NCBI RefSeq assembly: GCF_009834535.1
Contig: NC_045697.1
Span: forward strand, 36,086,001-36,150,000
Source of the DNA: Camelus ferus
Lineage: Eukaryota
Length of the DNA: 64,000 nt
Reading direction: 5' to 3'
Below, piece after piece: positions 1 through 12,300 of the stretch. The notes below the pieces were generated by a model, which worked only from the letters and a program-made list of their open reading frames with translations, made no database searches and was not told the DNA's origin. Every line of letters begins with the position of its first letter. Position 1 is the stretch's first letter. The position numbers and the translations under genes are program-made.

Positions 1-203
1 ACAATTTTTTCCTGGAGCTACTGGGCTGAGGACCAAATTAGGAGAAGGTTTGGACAGAAAGTTGCCCAGCCAAGGTCCATCTTCAAAGCTAGACATAGCT
101 GGACTCTGTTTTGAGTCTGGACACTTGTCTTTTTCTATGTATACACATTTTTCTACCAACAAATCCTTCAATATATGATGAAGATATACGTAGTGCATTC
201 AAG

Positions 204-318
204 ATGCATCCAACAAATATTTATCAAGCACCTACTATGTGCAAGATACCGCTCTAGGCACTGAGGATATGGCAGTGGACAAGCCAGCTCAAAATCCTTG
301 TCCTCACGGGGCTTACAG
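204..318 (-). mobile_element. L2 LINE 3' end fragment
   Basis: catccaacaaatatttatcaagcacctactatgtgcaag...ctaggcactgaggatat, the typical reverse-complement L2 3' terminus. Confidence 0.75.
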
Positions 319-560
319 CTGTGATTGAACACTTTAAATTCAAGAAATGCTGGAAAACCCAAACAGGTAAAAATCGTCCATAATACTATCAAAAACTCTT
401 CCTCTGTATTTGTAAATATAGAGCAAGAAGCCAGAGTTCCTCCTTGTCCATCCAACCCTTCCTGTTCCTCACAAGGTAACCATTATAAATTTCTCCTAAA
501 ATTTTAAAGACTTATTAAATATACATACCCATATACTTTTATACTTACTATTGTTATTAC

Positions 561-645
561 TTTTAAATGGAGGTACTGGGGGTTAAACCTAGGACCTCAT
601 GCATGCAATCTGCCATTGAGCTATACCCACCTATACCCACCTCTC
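561..645 (-). mobile_element. tRNA-Ala-derived SINE (camelid Vic-1-like), degenerate
   Basis: tggaggtactgggggttaaacctaggacctcatgcatgc...gagctataccc; anticodon region partly deleted; 10-bp tandem ctatacccac at 621-640. Confidence 0.85.
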
Positions 646-1569
646 CTATTTTATTATTATTTTTTTTAAACAAAAAGCAGAATAACATTTTACAGAGTGA
701 TCTATAACATTTTTTCACCTAATAGGTCATGAACCTCTGTTTCAGTTTGAATTCTCCAAGCAGAGCCTGAGACAAGATTCAGATACTGTCCCTGCCAAAC
801 ATATTTAAATCCCATCCATTTTCATGGTTGCACAGCATTTCACTGTCTGTATCATTACTTATTTAATCTCCCCAAGATACACATAAACTCCTTGCCTTGC
901 TCCCACTTCCTCTTGCTGACATTTAGGATTTTCAGTGAACATGTTGACGTTACTGACTCATCGTAAGAAGGATATATGCAACAAGAGAAGGCTCATTTTC
1001 CAAAGGTGATGGTTGCAGGACGGCGTTCTGAGGTCTGGAGAAGTGACAGTGTTGGTGGCAGGGAGATCAAATCTAGGAAACTTATCATTGTCCTTACCAT
1101 GCCCACGATTTATACCTAATTCTTGTTTATGTGAAGGTGGCCAAATCAATCTCCATGATGATCATAAAACTGAAAAGACCACATTACTGTAGTGGTTTAT
1201 TTTCCCTTTGCCAATGATGTAGCCACTGGCTTCCTGACATCCTTTGGTCTAAATTTCATCATGTATCACCAGTTCTATCATGTCTTCTAGAAGTAGTCCA
1301 TTCTGCAGTATTTAAGACTGGTAATTTTTTAAATGACAAAACTACAAATGATTATCTGAGCGATTTTATCTGTATTTTTATACTAGCGATGTTCTCAGAT
1401 CATTGAACAAAGGATGGGAATTTATGTTACTAAGTTGAGTGCCAACTTCTAAGGCCTTCTGTATCTTGGTGAGTGACTTCAGATACCCATCAGCACCGTC
1501 AGTCAGTACTTCTGGAGCCTCCGTGAGAACCATGGTACAGCGCGGGAGGAGGGGTTGTGTTGGCAGCAG

Positions 1570-1690
1570 AGACCTGGCATCAAGCCCTGGCCACCTGTGT
1601 GCCTGTGGCAAGTCACTGTGGCCTTCCTGGGTCTCGGGATAATAATACCTCTCTGACTTGCTTGTGAGGATCAAAGGAAAAAACTAAATG
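1570..1690 (+). mobile_element. MIR SINE fragment
   Basis: ggcaagtcact...ataataatacctc...ttgtgaggatcaaag MIR core and tail. Confidence 0.6.
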
Positions 1691-1894
1691 TAGGAGTGCT
1701 CTTCAAGTATCAGCTGCTATACAAATTACCAGAGGAAAAATCTGGATTTTTGCTAGGCTGTAGTGGGAAACTTTAGTTCTTGTCTACACACCCACTTTAA
1801 AGAATCAGCACCCTGAAGCTGAACCCCTCACTGTGTCAGAGTCCACACTAATGGCTCATTCAACTCTCCAAAAAGCCTTAGCAAATAAAGTAAA

Positions 1895-1985
1895 TTTTTT
1901 TTTTAATGGAGTTACTGGGGATTGAACCCAGGACCTCATGCATGCTAAGTATGTGCTCCGCCACAGAGCTATTACCCTCCCCACT
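1895..1985 (-). mobile_element. tRNA-Ala-derived SINE with TSD
   Basis: Poly-T then tggagttactggggattgaacccaggacctcatgcatgctaag; degenerate TSD gcaaataaagtaaattt (1881) / gcaaacagagtgaattt (1986). Confidence 0.9.
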
Positions 1986-3594
1986 GCAAACAGAGTGAAT
2001 TTTACTGATGATTTCATGGGGGAGATGGAAGAGATTTCTTTACTCACTCCACAGTAAAACCTAGTGATCTTTCCTGTCAGAAGCATCTCTTCTTCCTTGA
2101 AAGCTCATCTTTGTCTACCAGGAACCTGAGTCCTATCTAACAGAGACTGCTAGCCTCAGTGGCTCCAGCCTTGATCACTCTTTCAGGCTTTCTTTGGTCC
2201 TTTCTGTGCCTCCTCCCACACAGTTTTTATAGAGAAATTATCCCTTCCATCTTGGATTCTCATACCATTTCCTACTCCTTGGTCAAACATCCTTCTAAGG
2301 TTCCCCTACTCTTCTTAGAAAGTGGTGGGGACATTCTAAATAGCAAATGTTTTTGCTGTCATAGACTTCTTTTTTCCTTGTCATAACATTATTAGGTCAT
2401 TCTGTGAGTCTTAGATCCAGAAACTTGGGCATCATCTCTGACCAACCCCTCATCTGGCACTTAGAGACTTGCCTAAGGTTACAGAACAGGTCTGTACAGT
2501 TTTACAGCAGCGCTGACCCCCCAATCCAGTGCTCATCTCACTGCATCAAGCTTGTGGTGCAAAGAAATTGGGGTGCTTTTAGATTTAGGGGGACCCAGAG
2601 CTGAAGGGGACTTGGAGATCATCTTGAACAAATTCTTCATTGTAGAGAGGTTAAAATGGAAACTTTTCTTTTAGTCTCTGAGTCCTAAAAACACAACACA
2701 GATTAGATGGTTACTTTAAAACATATGTACTTGCCTGGTGGGTCTGATTTCCAGGAACATATACAGACTTAAACTGTTTCATGAGATTCCGAGCTCCAGC
2801 AATATCCCGAAGTGAAGTAAACAGTTCATCCACGGCACTTTTGGATTTGTGAAATGTCAGGTTAACTGAAGAGTCACAGCCTGAAACAATCCAGAGATAT
2901 TTTCTTGGGTGAACAAATTTTTAAACTGAGTTTTAATCATGACAGGTTGAGCTCCATGTAACATACTTGGGGTTTTTTTTAACCCTTTTTCTACCTAGCT
3001 GTTCACCAACTGGGCTGTTTCAGTCACCCATGAGCAATGAAATGTATTGAGTGTAAATGCCTTTGACAGAAGTAGAACTCAGAATTGCCCGTGATTGCAG
3101 CCCCTGGCTTCAATTCCCTAGACTGCAGGTGTTTCACAAAAAGAAAGCTCCCCAGGGTCTACAATCCTCAGAACACAGCTTTGGGAAAATACGAGGAGAC
3201 ACAAAGGAAAATACAAGAGAGGACTGTGATGAACCGCTCTCACTTGAATCCCACCAACAGTTTCCATAAAACAGAACAGCAAGGATGAGAAAGATCACAG
3301 TGTTGCTCTAATGACAGAACTTGCTGGGATGGGCATCTGTCTAATGTGCTAACAAAGCATATGGTGTATTTCAAAAGGCAGCCATTCAAAGCTGGTAAAA
3401 CACAAAGGGGACCTAATAAGGAGACTGTTCTCGGCAATGATTCCATTTCTTTTTGAAACTTAGAATAGATGGATTCATTCTCTCTCTTGTTAGAAGCTCA
3501 TTCAGAAGACAAATGACCGTGGATAACTCAGAAGATCAAAAAATAGAGAAAGATTCAAGATGAGTATTTTTGACTAGTTGGAATATCGCAGATA

Positions 3595-3700
3595 CATTGA
3601 CGCATCAATCCTCATTATCACCCCAATGCCATAGGAGCTATTATCTTCTCCCTTCAAGGATGAGGGAGCTGAGGGACAGAGAGATTAAGTAACACTCCTG
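3595..3700 (-). mobile_element. MIR SINE fragment
   Basis: aatcctca...gctattatc...gagctgagggacagagagattaagtaac. Confidence 0.6.
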
Positions 3701-4224
3701 TCAACAGACACTGTCAATGCTTAGCCCATATGCGCTCAGTCACCTGGACCGAGTCACCCGCAGGTTTGGGGAACAGTTCTATGACCTCTGTCTGCTCCCT
3801 ACCTCAAGGACCTGCATGTCTGTCTCTGTGTTCCTCTGTCCCGGCCTCTGTGTCTCTCTCCTCCTGCCATGGGGCTTTCTCTGGTTGGAAGGAAGCTTGG
3901 CCTTCATGCAGGGCAGGCTGGAAGTGCTGAGAAGTCAGCGCTCAGAAACAACATAGCTTTCTCATTGCTTTGGGGGACAAATCCGAATTATGGTCTCCAT
4001 AGCCTTTTGGGGGGCAGTAAGACTGAGCCCCACGGACCCGCAAGATAACTCACAAATGCCCCCTCTGTTGGCTTTCCTTCCTTCCTGCCTCATTTCCCTA
4101 CTCCCTGCCCATGCTGCCTGGAAGGCCCTTTCAAATATAGTCCCTGCACCCAAATCCTTGTCTCAGGACACCAGAGCTGCCAGGGTGACTTGAACACAGG
4201 CAGCCTGGACCCAGACACTGTATT

Positions 4225-4933
4225 CTTTTTTTTCAGAACAGCTTTATTGAGATGCAATTCATATATTATCCAATTAACCTACTTCAACTGTCCAACTCAG
4301 TAATTTTAATATATTCACACAGTTGTACAACCATCACCACTATAATCAATTCTAGAACATTTTTATCCCCTTGACAAGAAACTCCACTCCTGTTAACTGG
4401 CGCTCCCCTTCTTTCCCTACCCCAGGCCCTGGCACCACTAGCCTGCTTTCTGTTTCCACAGATTTACCTACTCGGGACATTTCATATAATTGTCATCATA
4501 GGCTATACGATCTTTTGTGACTGGCTTCTCTCACTCAGCATAATGTTTTCGGGGATCATCCTGAAAGCTGCAGCAATGTCATTCAGGACATTGCTGACTA
4601 ATAGTCATTTTATATAGCCATTCATTGGTGGATGGACATTCGGGTGTTTCCACATTTTGGTTATTATGAATAATGCTTCTAGTTTTACACGTACAAATTT
4701 TTATGTAGACATACATCTTCATTTCTCTTGGGTATATATTTAGGAATAGGATTGCTGGGTCACATGGCAACTCTGTCTTTAACCTTCTGAGGAATTGCCA
4801 GCCTATTTTCCTAAGTGACTGCGCCATTTTACATTCCTTCCAGCGGTGTAAGACGGTTGGGATATCTCTGCATCCTCAGCAACGCTTGTTACCATGTTTT
4901 CTTGATTGTAGCTTTTCTAGCGGGTGTGAAGTA
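4225..4933 (-). mobile_element. L1 (L1MB-like) 3' UTR plus ORF2 C-terminal remnant
   Basis: T-run then cagctttattgagat...; ORF 4579-4827 WQFLRRLKTELPCDPAILFLNIYPREMK resembles the L1 ORF2p C-terminus. Confidence 0.92.
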
Positions 4934-5198
4934 AGGAGATACTTGTTGATTTTGATAGAGAAGTTGTTTTCAGGGAGTAGAGGTAGACCCAAACAAGCTC
5001 AAACTAAAATGGAGTGGATCTAAAGTGCATCGGGGAAAAAAAAATAAATGAGGTGCATTGGGCCATCCCAAGGAACCCAGCTGCAGCAGACACAGCAAGG
5101 TGGCGTGTGTGTAGTTGACCCGGACTCTTCAAAACTGTGGACTGCTGTATATAATAACTCCTTAAGGGAGGGCAGAATTCTGAACTGTTTTTAATCAT

Positions 5199-5950
5199 AA
5201 TACTTCTGACACCAAATGTGTGGGGATTTTCCCCCTACCAACCGATTCTCTAACTCTCCAGACCTTAACTGAGTGTACTACAATCCAACTCAATTCTGCC
5301 CCTGACTATGGAGATTTAGTGCAGACCCCACAAGACTGCCCCCACGTCAGATGCCAGATGCAAGTCCCAGGTGGTCATCTGCACTCCAGACCTATCAATG
5401 AAGGCTCCCATGACGCCTGCCTCAGGTTCAGCAGTTTGCTAGAACGGCTCACAGAACTCAGGGAAACTCTACTTACCCTACTAGTTTATCCCAAGGGATG
5501 CAACTTAGCCAAGTGGAAGAGATGCAGAGGGCAAGGAATGGGGGAAGGAGCATGGGACTTTCATGCCCTCTCTAGGTACTCCAGTACCTTGATGTGTTCG
5601 TCAACCCAGAGGCTCTTCGAACCCTATTGTTTAGGGATTTTTATGGAGCCCTCATTACATAGGCATGATTGATTACATTATTGGCCACTGGTAATTAATT
5701 CATCTTACAGCCCCGCTCTTCCCTCTGAGGTTGGGAGGTAGGGCGGAAAGTTCCAGTCCTCTAAACATGCCTTGGTTTTTCTGGCAACTAGCCCCATCTT
5801 GAAGTTATCATCCCCCCCACCCTCCTCCCTCCACCAATCATCGCATTAACATACAAGACACTCTCATCACTCTGGAGATTCCAAGAGTTTTAAGAGCTGT
5901 GTGCTAGGAACTGGGGACAAAGACAATATGTATCTTTCTTATTGTACCAT
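5199..5950 (-). mobile_element. MER21-like ERVL solo LTR
   Basis: acttctgacacca..., tttgctagaacggctcacagaactcagggaaac, and ggagattccaagagttttaagagctgtgtgctaggaactggggacaaagac match recalled MER21 consensus; accounts for the 150-aa ORF 5220-5672. Confidence 0.8.
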
Positions 5951-7409
5951 AAAAATTTTCTGACCAGTCTTTATCTCCTGATTTCCAGAAATGTCCTGCT
6001 AATTGCCATTAAAAAAATCAAACATATGGTCAAGCCAGTGAGAGGAAGCCTCCCTGTGTTCAGTGAACTGTGGTGGGGATGGAGGAAGTGGATGGAGGGA
6101 ATCTGGGATGTTCATGTGCACTCCCCTGAATTCTGTGCTGAGCTTTGTGGAAAGGAGAAAATGTGTCATTTTCTGAGCATGACCATAACATCCTCCTGAC
6201 TCTTACAGAGGTTGAGCTGCACAGATACAGAGCATCTATTGACGTCACACCATGCTTACCCTTGGCATTGCAGCTCAGCCAAGATACATCAGCGTGTTAG
6301 TCAATAATCAAGCAGAAGAAATCCTGGAAGGTTATGGCTTCTCCCTCATTCATGTGACTCCTTTCCTTAAACCCTTAGGCTGAGCCATTTAAAATATGGG
6401 AAATTACATCAATTGTATCTAACTGTTGTATACCATGTACTACTGTTTTAAATTGGAAGAGACATGAAAACAAGAAGAAAACATTACCAGTCCTAATACC
6501 AGGCATAGTGTTTCAGTTTTTCTAAAATACAATTGAGCTAATAGGCTAAAATGATGAATTGAAAGTAACTCATTTTCTATAGAACAAAAAGGTTCATCCA
6601 ATTTTTCACAAGGCCCCTTTCAGTTTTTTGAAAGGTGAGGATTATAGTGTTTATCCATTAGGTTAAGCTGAATAGAATCATCTTCTGGATTATACATTAT
6701 TTAAAACTATAGATTATATAGGGAAATTACTGATTATTCATTGGAATTAGTTTAAGCAAAAGCTGTGTAATTCCAAAGGGTTAGGTCAACTGTAGTTGTT
6801 TGACAGAAATGATTATAGATTATAGGTAAATTGAACTCAAGTGAACCCAGCAGAAATTTTGGAACAAAAAAAGTCCTACACTTACAAATAAAGTAAAACT
6901 TTCCCCTCAGAAAATCCATTATCTTAATTGTTCAACTGCACAAAGGCAACTTCTGTCCAAACCATCAACCCTTTCCGACGTGTCTGTTATTCTCTAAGCA
7001 AGTGCTCTACAGTGTACATGTTTCTGGGACACCAGGTCCCAGGGCTCTCATTTTTATCATCTCTGAGCATTTTTCATAATTACATCAACCTTCACCAAAA
7101 GCAGGATTTACATTCATTTACCCAAATCTTATAATGGAAGTCACACACACACACACACAGAGAAACGTGGATCAGGGAAGATAAAGGACATGCAAGTTGA
7201 CATCACCATCTCCAGCAAAGTCAGGGTTCAAAATCCCTCTGATCACAGCCCTGACTTCCTCCGTGAACACAGCGTCCCACCATTCAGAGTATCTCCTCTG
7301 TGAATGAGACTCATTCCAAATTCATGCTGCAATTAATAGCTAAAGGAGATGTGGGTGCAAAAGCTAGGAAATGGGATGAATTCTGTCCTGTGTAAGAGCT
7401 ATAATCACT

Positions 7410-7645
7410 GAAAGCTCACTTATATAATCACTTATGCGAGGCACTGTTCTAAGAAGTTTAAACATACTAGCACATTTAATCGCCACAGAAACCCAGTGAG
7501 CTGGGTACTATTATCGCCCCCATTTTGCAGATAGGGAAACTGAGCCATAGAGAAGTTAAGTAACACATGGGCACTCAAGGAGTAAGCAGTAAAGCTAAGA
7601 TTCAAATCCTTGAAGTCTAACTCCGAATGGTCCTGTTAACCACTC
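7410..7645 (-). mobile_element. MIR SINE, near full length
   Basis: aggcactgttctaag...tactattatcgcccccattttgcagatagggaaactgag...gaagttaagtaac. Confidence 0.88.
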
Positions 7646-8670
7646 GGCTCTGACGTCTTTCATATGTGCTGAGACCACACGCGTGAAAGATCAGCAGAGC
7701 ACTTAGTTCGCCCTTAACAGCGAAGAAATGCTTCTGAAACGGAGTGAGTGGCAAGTGCCTTTCTTCTTGGGAAGGCCTGGGCCTGTCCTTGGGGGAGGTG
7801 CTAATAGTGCGGTTTGCAGTTACACCGCAGGCCAGCTGTGGTAGCCACACAAGGTGTGGGAGCTGCGGGCCTGCTGCACACCCTGCCCGGAGCTCTGCGC
7901 CGTCAGGTGCTGTATTCAGTTACTTCTAATAAGCCCCTGACAGCCTGCTCCATTAAGCCAGCTTATGAGATAAGGATGTTTTGTAAGGGAATGCTAAGTG
8001 TACAATTCCAGTCAATTCTCATTTAATCCACTTAGTTAAATAGTTAATAAACCAGAAGCTGATCCCAGCCTTGGGCCAAGCACAATCTGTGTACTTCAGT
8101 TGCCTACTTCTTGATAAGGGAGGCCGCCGGTCCCCCAGGGCACTCCTGTGTTCGCCTAAAATGGAGGATGACTCATGCCCCTGCAATTTCTTTCTTTGGA
8201 GGGCTTGGGGATCTCTTGGGCAGGGGTCCAGTTACTCGTCAGAGCAAGAAAACAGGGCTCCGGTGTCCGTGTCTGCCCTCCCCTGCCCCTCTCTCAGCCG
8301 TCTCCACTTACCGAAGTCCCTTTACTTGAGCAGAGGGAGACGAGTGGTTTCCGTGGCTCTGTGTGCTGCAGGGACCCACATTTGCAGCTGCGGGGACCCA
8401 CATTTCTTGCGTAGCTCAGGGACCGTCCTGGGAGGGCTGAAGTGAAGCTGGCCTCCTACTCTGCCTAGTGCTCTTCTTCTGTTTGGTTCTCTCCTGGAGC
8501 AGGCTCGAACCTTTCTGGGGCTTGGGAAACCTTTTCAAAAGAACCTGGCTTCCAGTTTGGTTTTATTTCTTAGGTAGTCAGGAAAATAAAGCTTCTCATA
8601 TCGAGAGTCTGCTGTATCCAAAGTTTCAGTCTGGATTTGAGCTGATGAAGGCCTTCATCTAGGGCCTTCC

Positions 8671-8730
8671 AACACACACACACACAACACACGCACACGC
8701 ACTTGCACAAGCACACACACACGTCACACA
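8671..8730. repeat. Imperfect (CA)n microsatellite
   Basis: acacacacacacacaacacacgcacacgcac...cacacacac. Confidence 0.85.
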
Positions 8731-9323
8731 TAAAGCATGTCACCTGTGGGGCTGGATAATCTAGGGGGCATGGCTGGAATAGGATTTGAAATGTCTCCCT
8801 ATTTAGTGATGTTACTCTCCTCACGGTTGTAAAGTCCCCTCACTTCTGGTTGGGAAGAGCTAGGGTCCAAGAATTTTGAGTCTGGTCAAGAGGCCCTATT
8901 CTTATCTGGACCCAAGTTATCCAACGGTGGCCTCCTCATCCTTCTTCTGGCCCAGAGCTTGAGAACATCAGGCCCACTTTCCAGTTTACATCGCTGCCCT
9001 CCTGCCTGTCAGCAAACCCCAGGCAGCGGGGGACCTACCTCCACGGGCTCCTGGGGCAGAGAAAAGCTTGGCTTGGGGGTGTGATGTGGCCAGAAAGGGC
9101 AGAGTGCTGGGAGGTCATGACCTCCCTCATCCATCCAGCGGTCTGACACTGCCTTTTCTCTTTCCAAACCATTGTTTTAAAGATGGAGTCCTTTTTCATG
9201 GCTCTCAATAAAAGGCTAGCAAATGAAAATAAAACCAAACGAAATAAAAGCCCAAGTAAACCTTAGCAAGTGGTATCATATCTGAAATCTTCTAGAGAGG
9301 TTGACTGTATAAAACCATTCTTT

Positions 9324-9631
9324 TTTTTTAAAGTAAAATCTAACTTTTTTTCCTTTTTTTTTTAAATTTGAAGTATAGTCAGTTTATAATGTTGTATTAA
9401 CTTCTGGTGTGCAGCATAGTGTTTCAGTTATACATATGTATATTCCTTTTCATAGTCATTATAGGCCATCACAAGGTATTAAATATAGTTCCCTGCACTA
9501 TACAGTAGGACCTTGTTGTTTATCTATTTTATATATAGTAGTGTGTATCTGCAAATCCTGAACTCCCAATTTATCCCTCCGGCCCCTCTTCCCTCGGGTA
9601 ACCGTAAGTTTGTGTTCTACGTCTGTGAGTT
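9324..9631 (-). mobile_element. Young 5'-truncated L1 3' end with TSD
   Basis: T-runs then gaagtatagtcagtttataatgttgt...tctggtgtgcagcatagtg...tacagtaggaccttgttgtttatctattttatatatagt; TSD tataaaaccattctt (9308) / tataaaatcactctt (9632); same family as 55931-56141. Confidence 0.9.
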
Positions 9632-9864
9632 TATAAAATCACTCTTGAGTAGGGCAGTCTGGTAATATATATAATAGAGGCCCTCTTTTTCAAAGGTGCT
9701 TGGGACCAATAGGTGATTAGAAGTCCTTTAAAGACGGAGATCATGAAAAATTGATCTCTCTCCCACATATATATATCACATATACATATATTTTTGTGTA
9801 TGTAAGTATATGTATAATTTTGTTTAAAATTAAAACATAAATGTCTGCTTATCCACTAATCTTT

Positions 9865-10260
9865 TGAGAAAAGGCCAAGGTCTTTTCTTTGAGTATTATC
9901 TGCTGACTAGAGTTCTGTCTTTAAAAAAAAAAAAAAGTTATTATGTACCATTTATAATTTCCAATTTTAGTCCATGTAAAGTGGAATAAGAAATTAAAGA
10001 CACCCATAGCACAATCTGAGAGCAGAATTCTGCTAGATTTTAATGTTTTTTTTCCCTTTAAACTTTCATAATCACCTTGTTCGGACCTAAAGCATTTTAA
10101 AAATGACTCATCTTTACTGAGTCTTTCAAAGGCATTCAATTTGGTTTTCATGGAACCAAGTTTTTTGGAATTCACATTTTTTTCAGAGAACATTTAATTA
10201 AAGTTTGCAACTTAATGACAGGTATGACTGGCATAAGCAGGTTTGGGAGCAAACATCCTG
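9865..10260 (-). mobile_element. Tigger (Tigger13-like) DNA transposon remnant carrying the transposase N-terminus
   Basis: Minus-strand SMKTKLNAFERLSKDES resembles the Tigger/pogo HTH start; atactcaaagaaaagaccttggcc (ILKEKTLA) near 9870-9897 resembles the CENP-B-type HTH; frame disrupted. Confidence 0.7.
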
Positions 10261-11413
10261 GTCTGGGGAATCATGTGACTCGCCCAGAAAGAGGAGGTGT
10301 GCCTGGGCACGTGGAGATGGCCTTAGAGCGCTGAGGGGGTCAGGGCTTTGGCAGGAGTCAGCCTATTTTATGGATGGACTGTAGAATGTCAGTTATTTTG
10401 GTGAACAGGTCATGTGGAGGCTGGCTGAGAACACATGAATTATATGTAATGTATTATTTATATTCATTATATTTATATTATATATCATATTGTATATAAA
10501 TGAAAGCAATATATATATACATATTTCTGAGGCTCCACAGTTATACCACACAGGCAGTTGTATCTGTGTCATCAACCAAGTACCTAAGGACCTAGTGTGA
10601 ATTTTAACTCCTTCCATCATCACCCCCCAACCCCCCATAGTCTGCACTGTCAGCCCTCAGGTGGTCCAGGGCTGATCTCCTCTTCCCTTGTGGAGCCCCT
10701 GATGTGCACCACAAGGCAGGGGCTCCTCTGCAGGTGTGGAGGTAATGAAGTAAATGTGCTTGGATGAGAGTGTTAGTGAGGCTGGCCTAACAAAGAAAAT
10801 CAGGGCCAGAAACATCCAGGTGAGGCACAAAGGGCTGGAGACAGGGCTCATGGGGACTGGACCACTTCCAGAAGTCCCTCCCTAGGTCTCCCCTCCGGCT
10901 CTCAGCCCACGCTGATCCCACGGCCCCTTGGCTCACTGGATCCTACTCAATGTCCTGGAATCTCCTGGCCTGTGACCTGTGGTTATGGCTCAAATGATGG
11001 AGGAAGACAGGAGGGGAGGGGTGGTGACAAGCTGCAGGGGCGCTTTGGTTCTCTGCTGGTCTCACACGTTGCCAGGTTCACAGAAGTACCCGTGAAATGT
11101 TTCTTGAATACATGAATGAAAACAGAGAGGTGACAGGGAAAGAGCTGAATCAGACCAAACGCGCTGTAAAGCAACAACACTGATCCTTGAGGAGCTGAGA
11201 AACTATCTCTGCAGGAAATTTCAAGCAAAGGGCTCCCAGATGGGTCTGAGTAACTGCACTCTCCATGCAGAAGTGGATTAATTCCCAAAAAGGCAGCTTA
11301 AGAAGAGCAACCTCAACTGGATGCATACATTGCTCAACAAGCAAAACTAAACTCTATGTGTTTAGGTATACATGCATATGAGAGAAAACTCTTTTAAAAA
11401 GAAAGAGAATGAT

Positions 11414-11478
11414 GGGGGGAGGGTAGCTTAGCAAGCACGAGGTCCTGGGTTCAGTCCCAGCACCTCCGTTAGAAAAAG
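11414..11478 (+). mobile_element. tRNA-Ala-derived SINE, internally deleted, with TSD
   Basis: ggggggagggtagcttagcaagcacgaggtcctgggttcagtcccagcacctcc plus A tail; TSD aaagaaagagaatgat / aaagaaagagagtgat. Confidence 0.88.
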
Positions 11479-12200
11479 AAAGAAAGAGAGTGATAAATAC
11501 AAGCTTTAGAAAATGGTTGTGGGGGTGGGGTGAGTGGGTAGGCAACCCTCTGGGCTAGGGTGGTGGGTTCATGCATGTTTATTATATAATTATGCTTTAT
11601 AACATATATAGCATATAATCTTTTAAATGTATCAGCTATCATCTTAAAAAAGCAAAGCAAAAAAACCAGTCACACTACTTTTTTAAGCCTCCAGCAAATT
11701 CGGCTTTTTATAACAGCTGAAAAAAAGGGAAGAAATGACAGCTGAAATCTATTATTATTAGGCAGGTTGGGGATGTGTGGTGGGTGTGGAAAGGCTTGTA
11801 CAGTCAGGAGGAAATGTGACTGCCCAGAATTCTAGCCCAAGTTCCGAGGCTTTTTGTGAGAAAACGTGTATGTGGTGGGGAGGCCTGAAGGAAGGAACAC
11901 TGCTGGGAATATGCTTTGCAACTTGCATTTTTAATGGCAGGGAACGAGGTCAAGTTGCCAGTGAGGCCCAGAAAGCAGGATGTTGGCAGTGCGGCAAGCA
12001 GCCTCTCAATCCTGAACGTCTGTGCTGCTTCAGGAAGTGCTGGCCAAGGAGGCAGCAAGACAGATGATCCTGGGTCACCACAGAAATGAGGAAACAGCCC
12101 CAACTGTTTCAAAACATTTCCTCTAACATGCTTCTGAAAAAACCTTTCCAATGTAGCTTTTCTGACTACCTTAACAATACCAACAAAGTTTCTTTAAGAT

Positions 12201-12300
12201 TTAATTTTTTTTTAATTTTTATTTTAAATGGAGATGCTGAGGATTGAATCCAGGACCTGACGCATGCTAAGCACACATTCTACCACTGAGCTATACCCCC
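12201..12300 (-). mobile_element. tRNA-Ala-derived SINE
   Basis: T-rich tail then tggagatgctgaggattgaatccaggacctgacgcatgctaagcacacattctaccactgagctatacccc. Confidence 0.9.

Noticed and set aside
4579..4827. ORF with real protein similarity
   Set aside because: Decayed L1 ORF2 C-terminus, not a host gene
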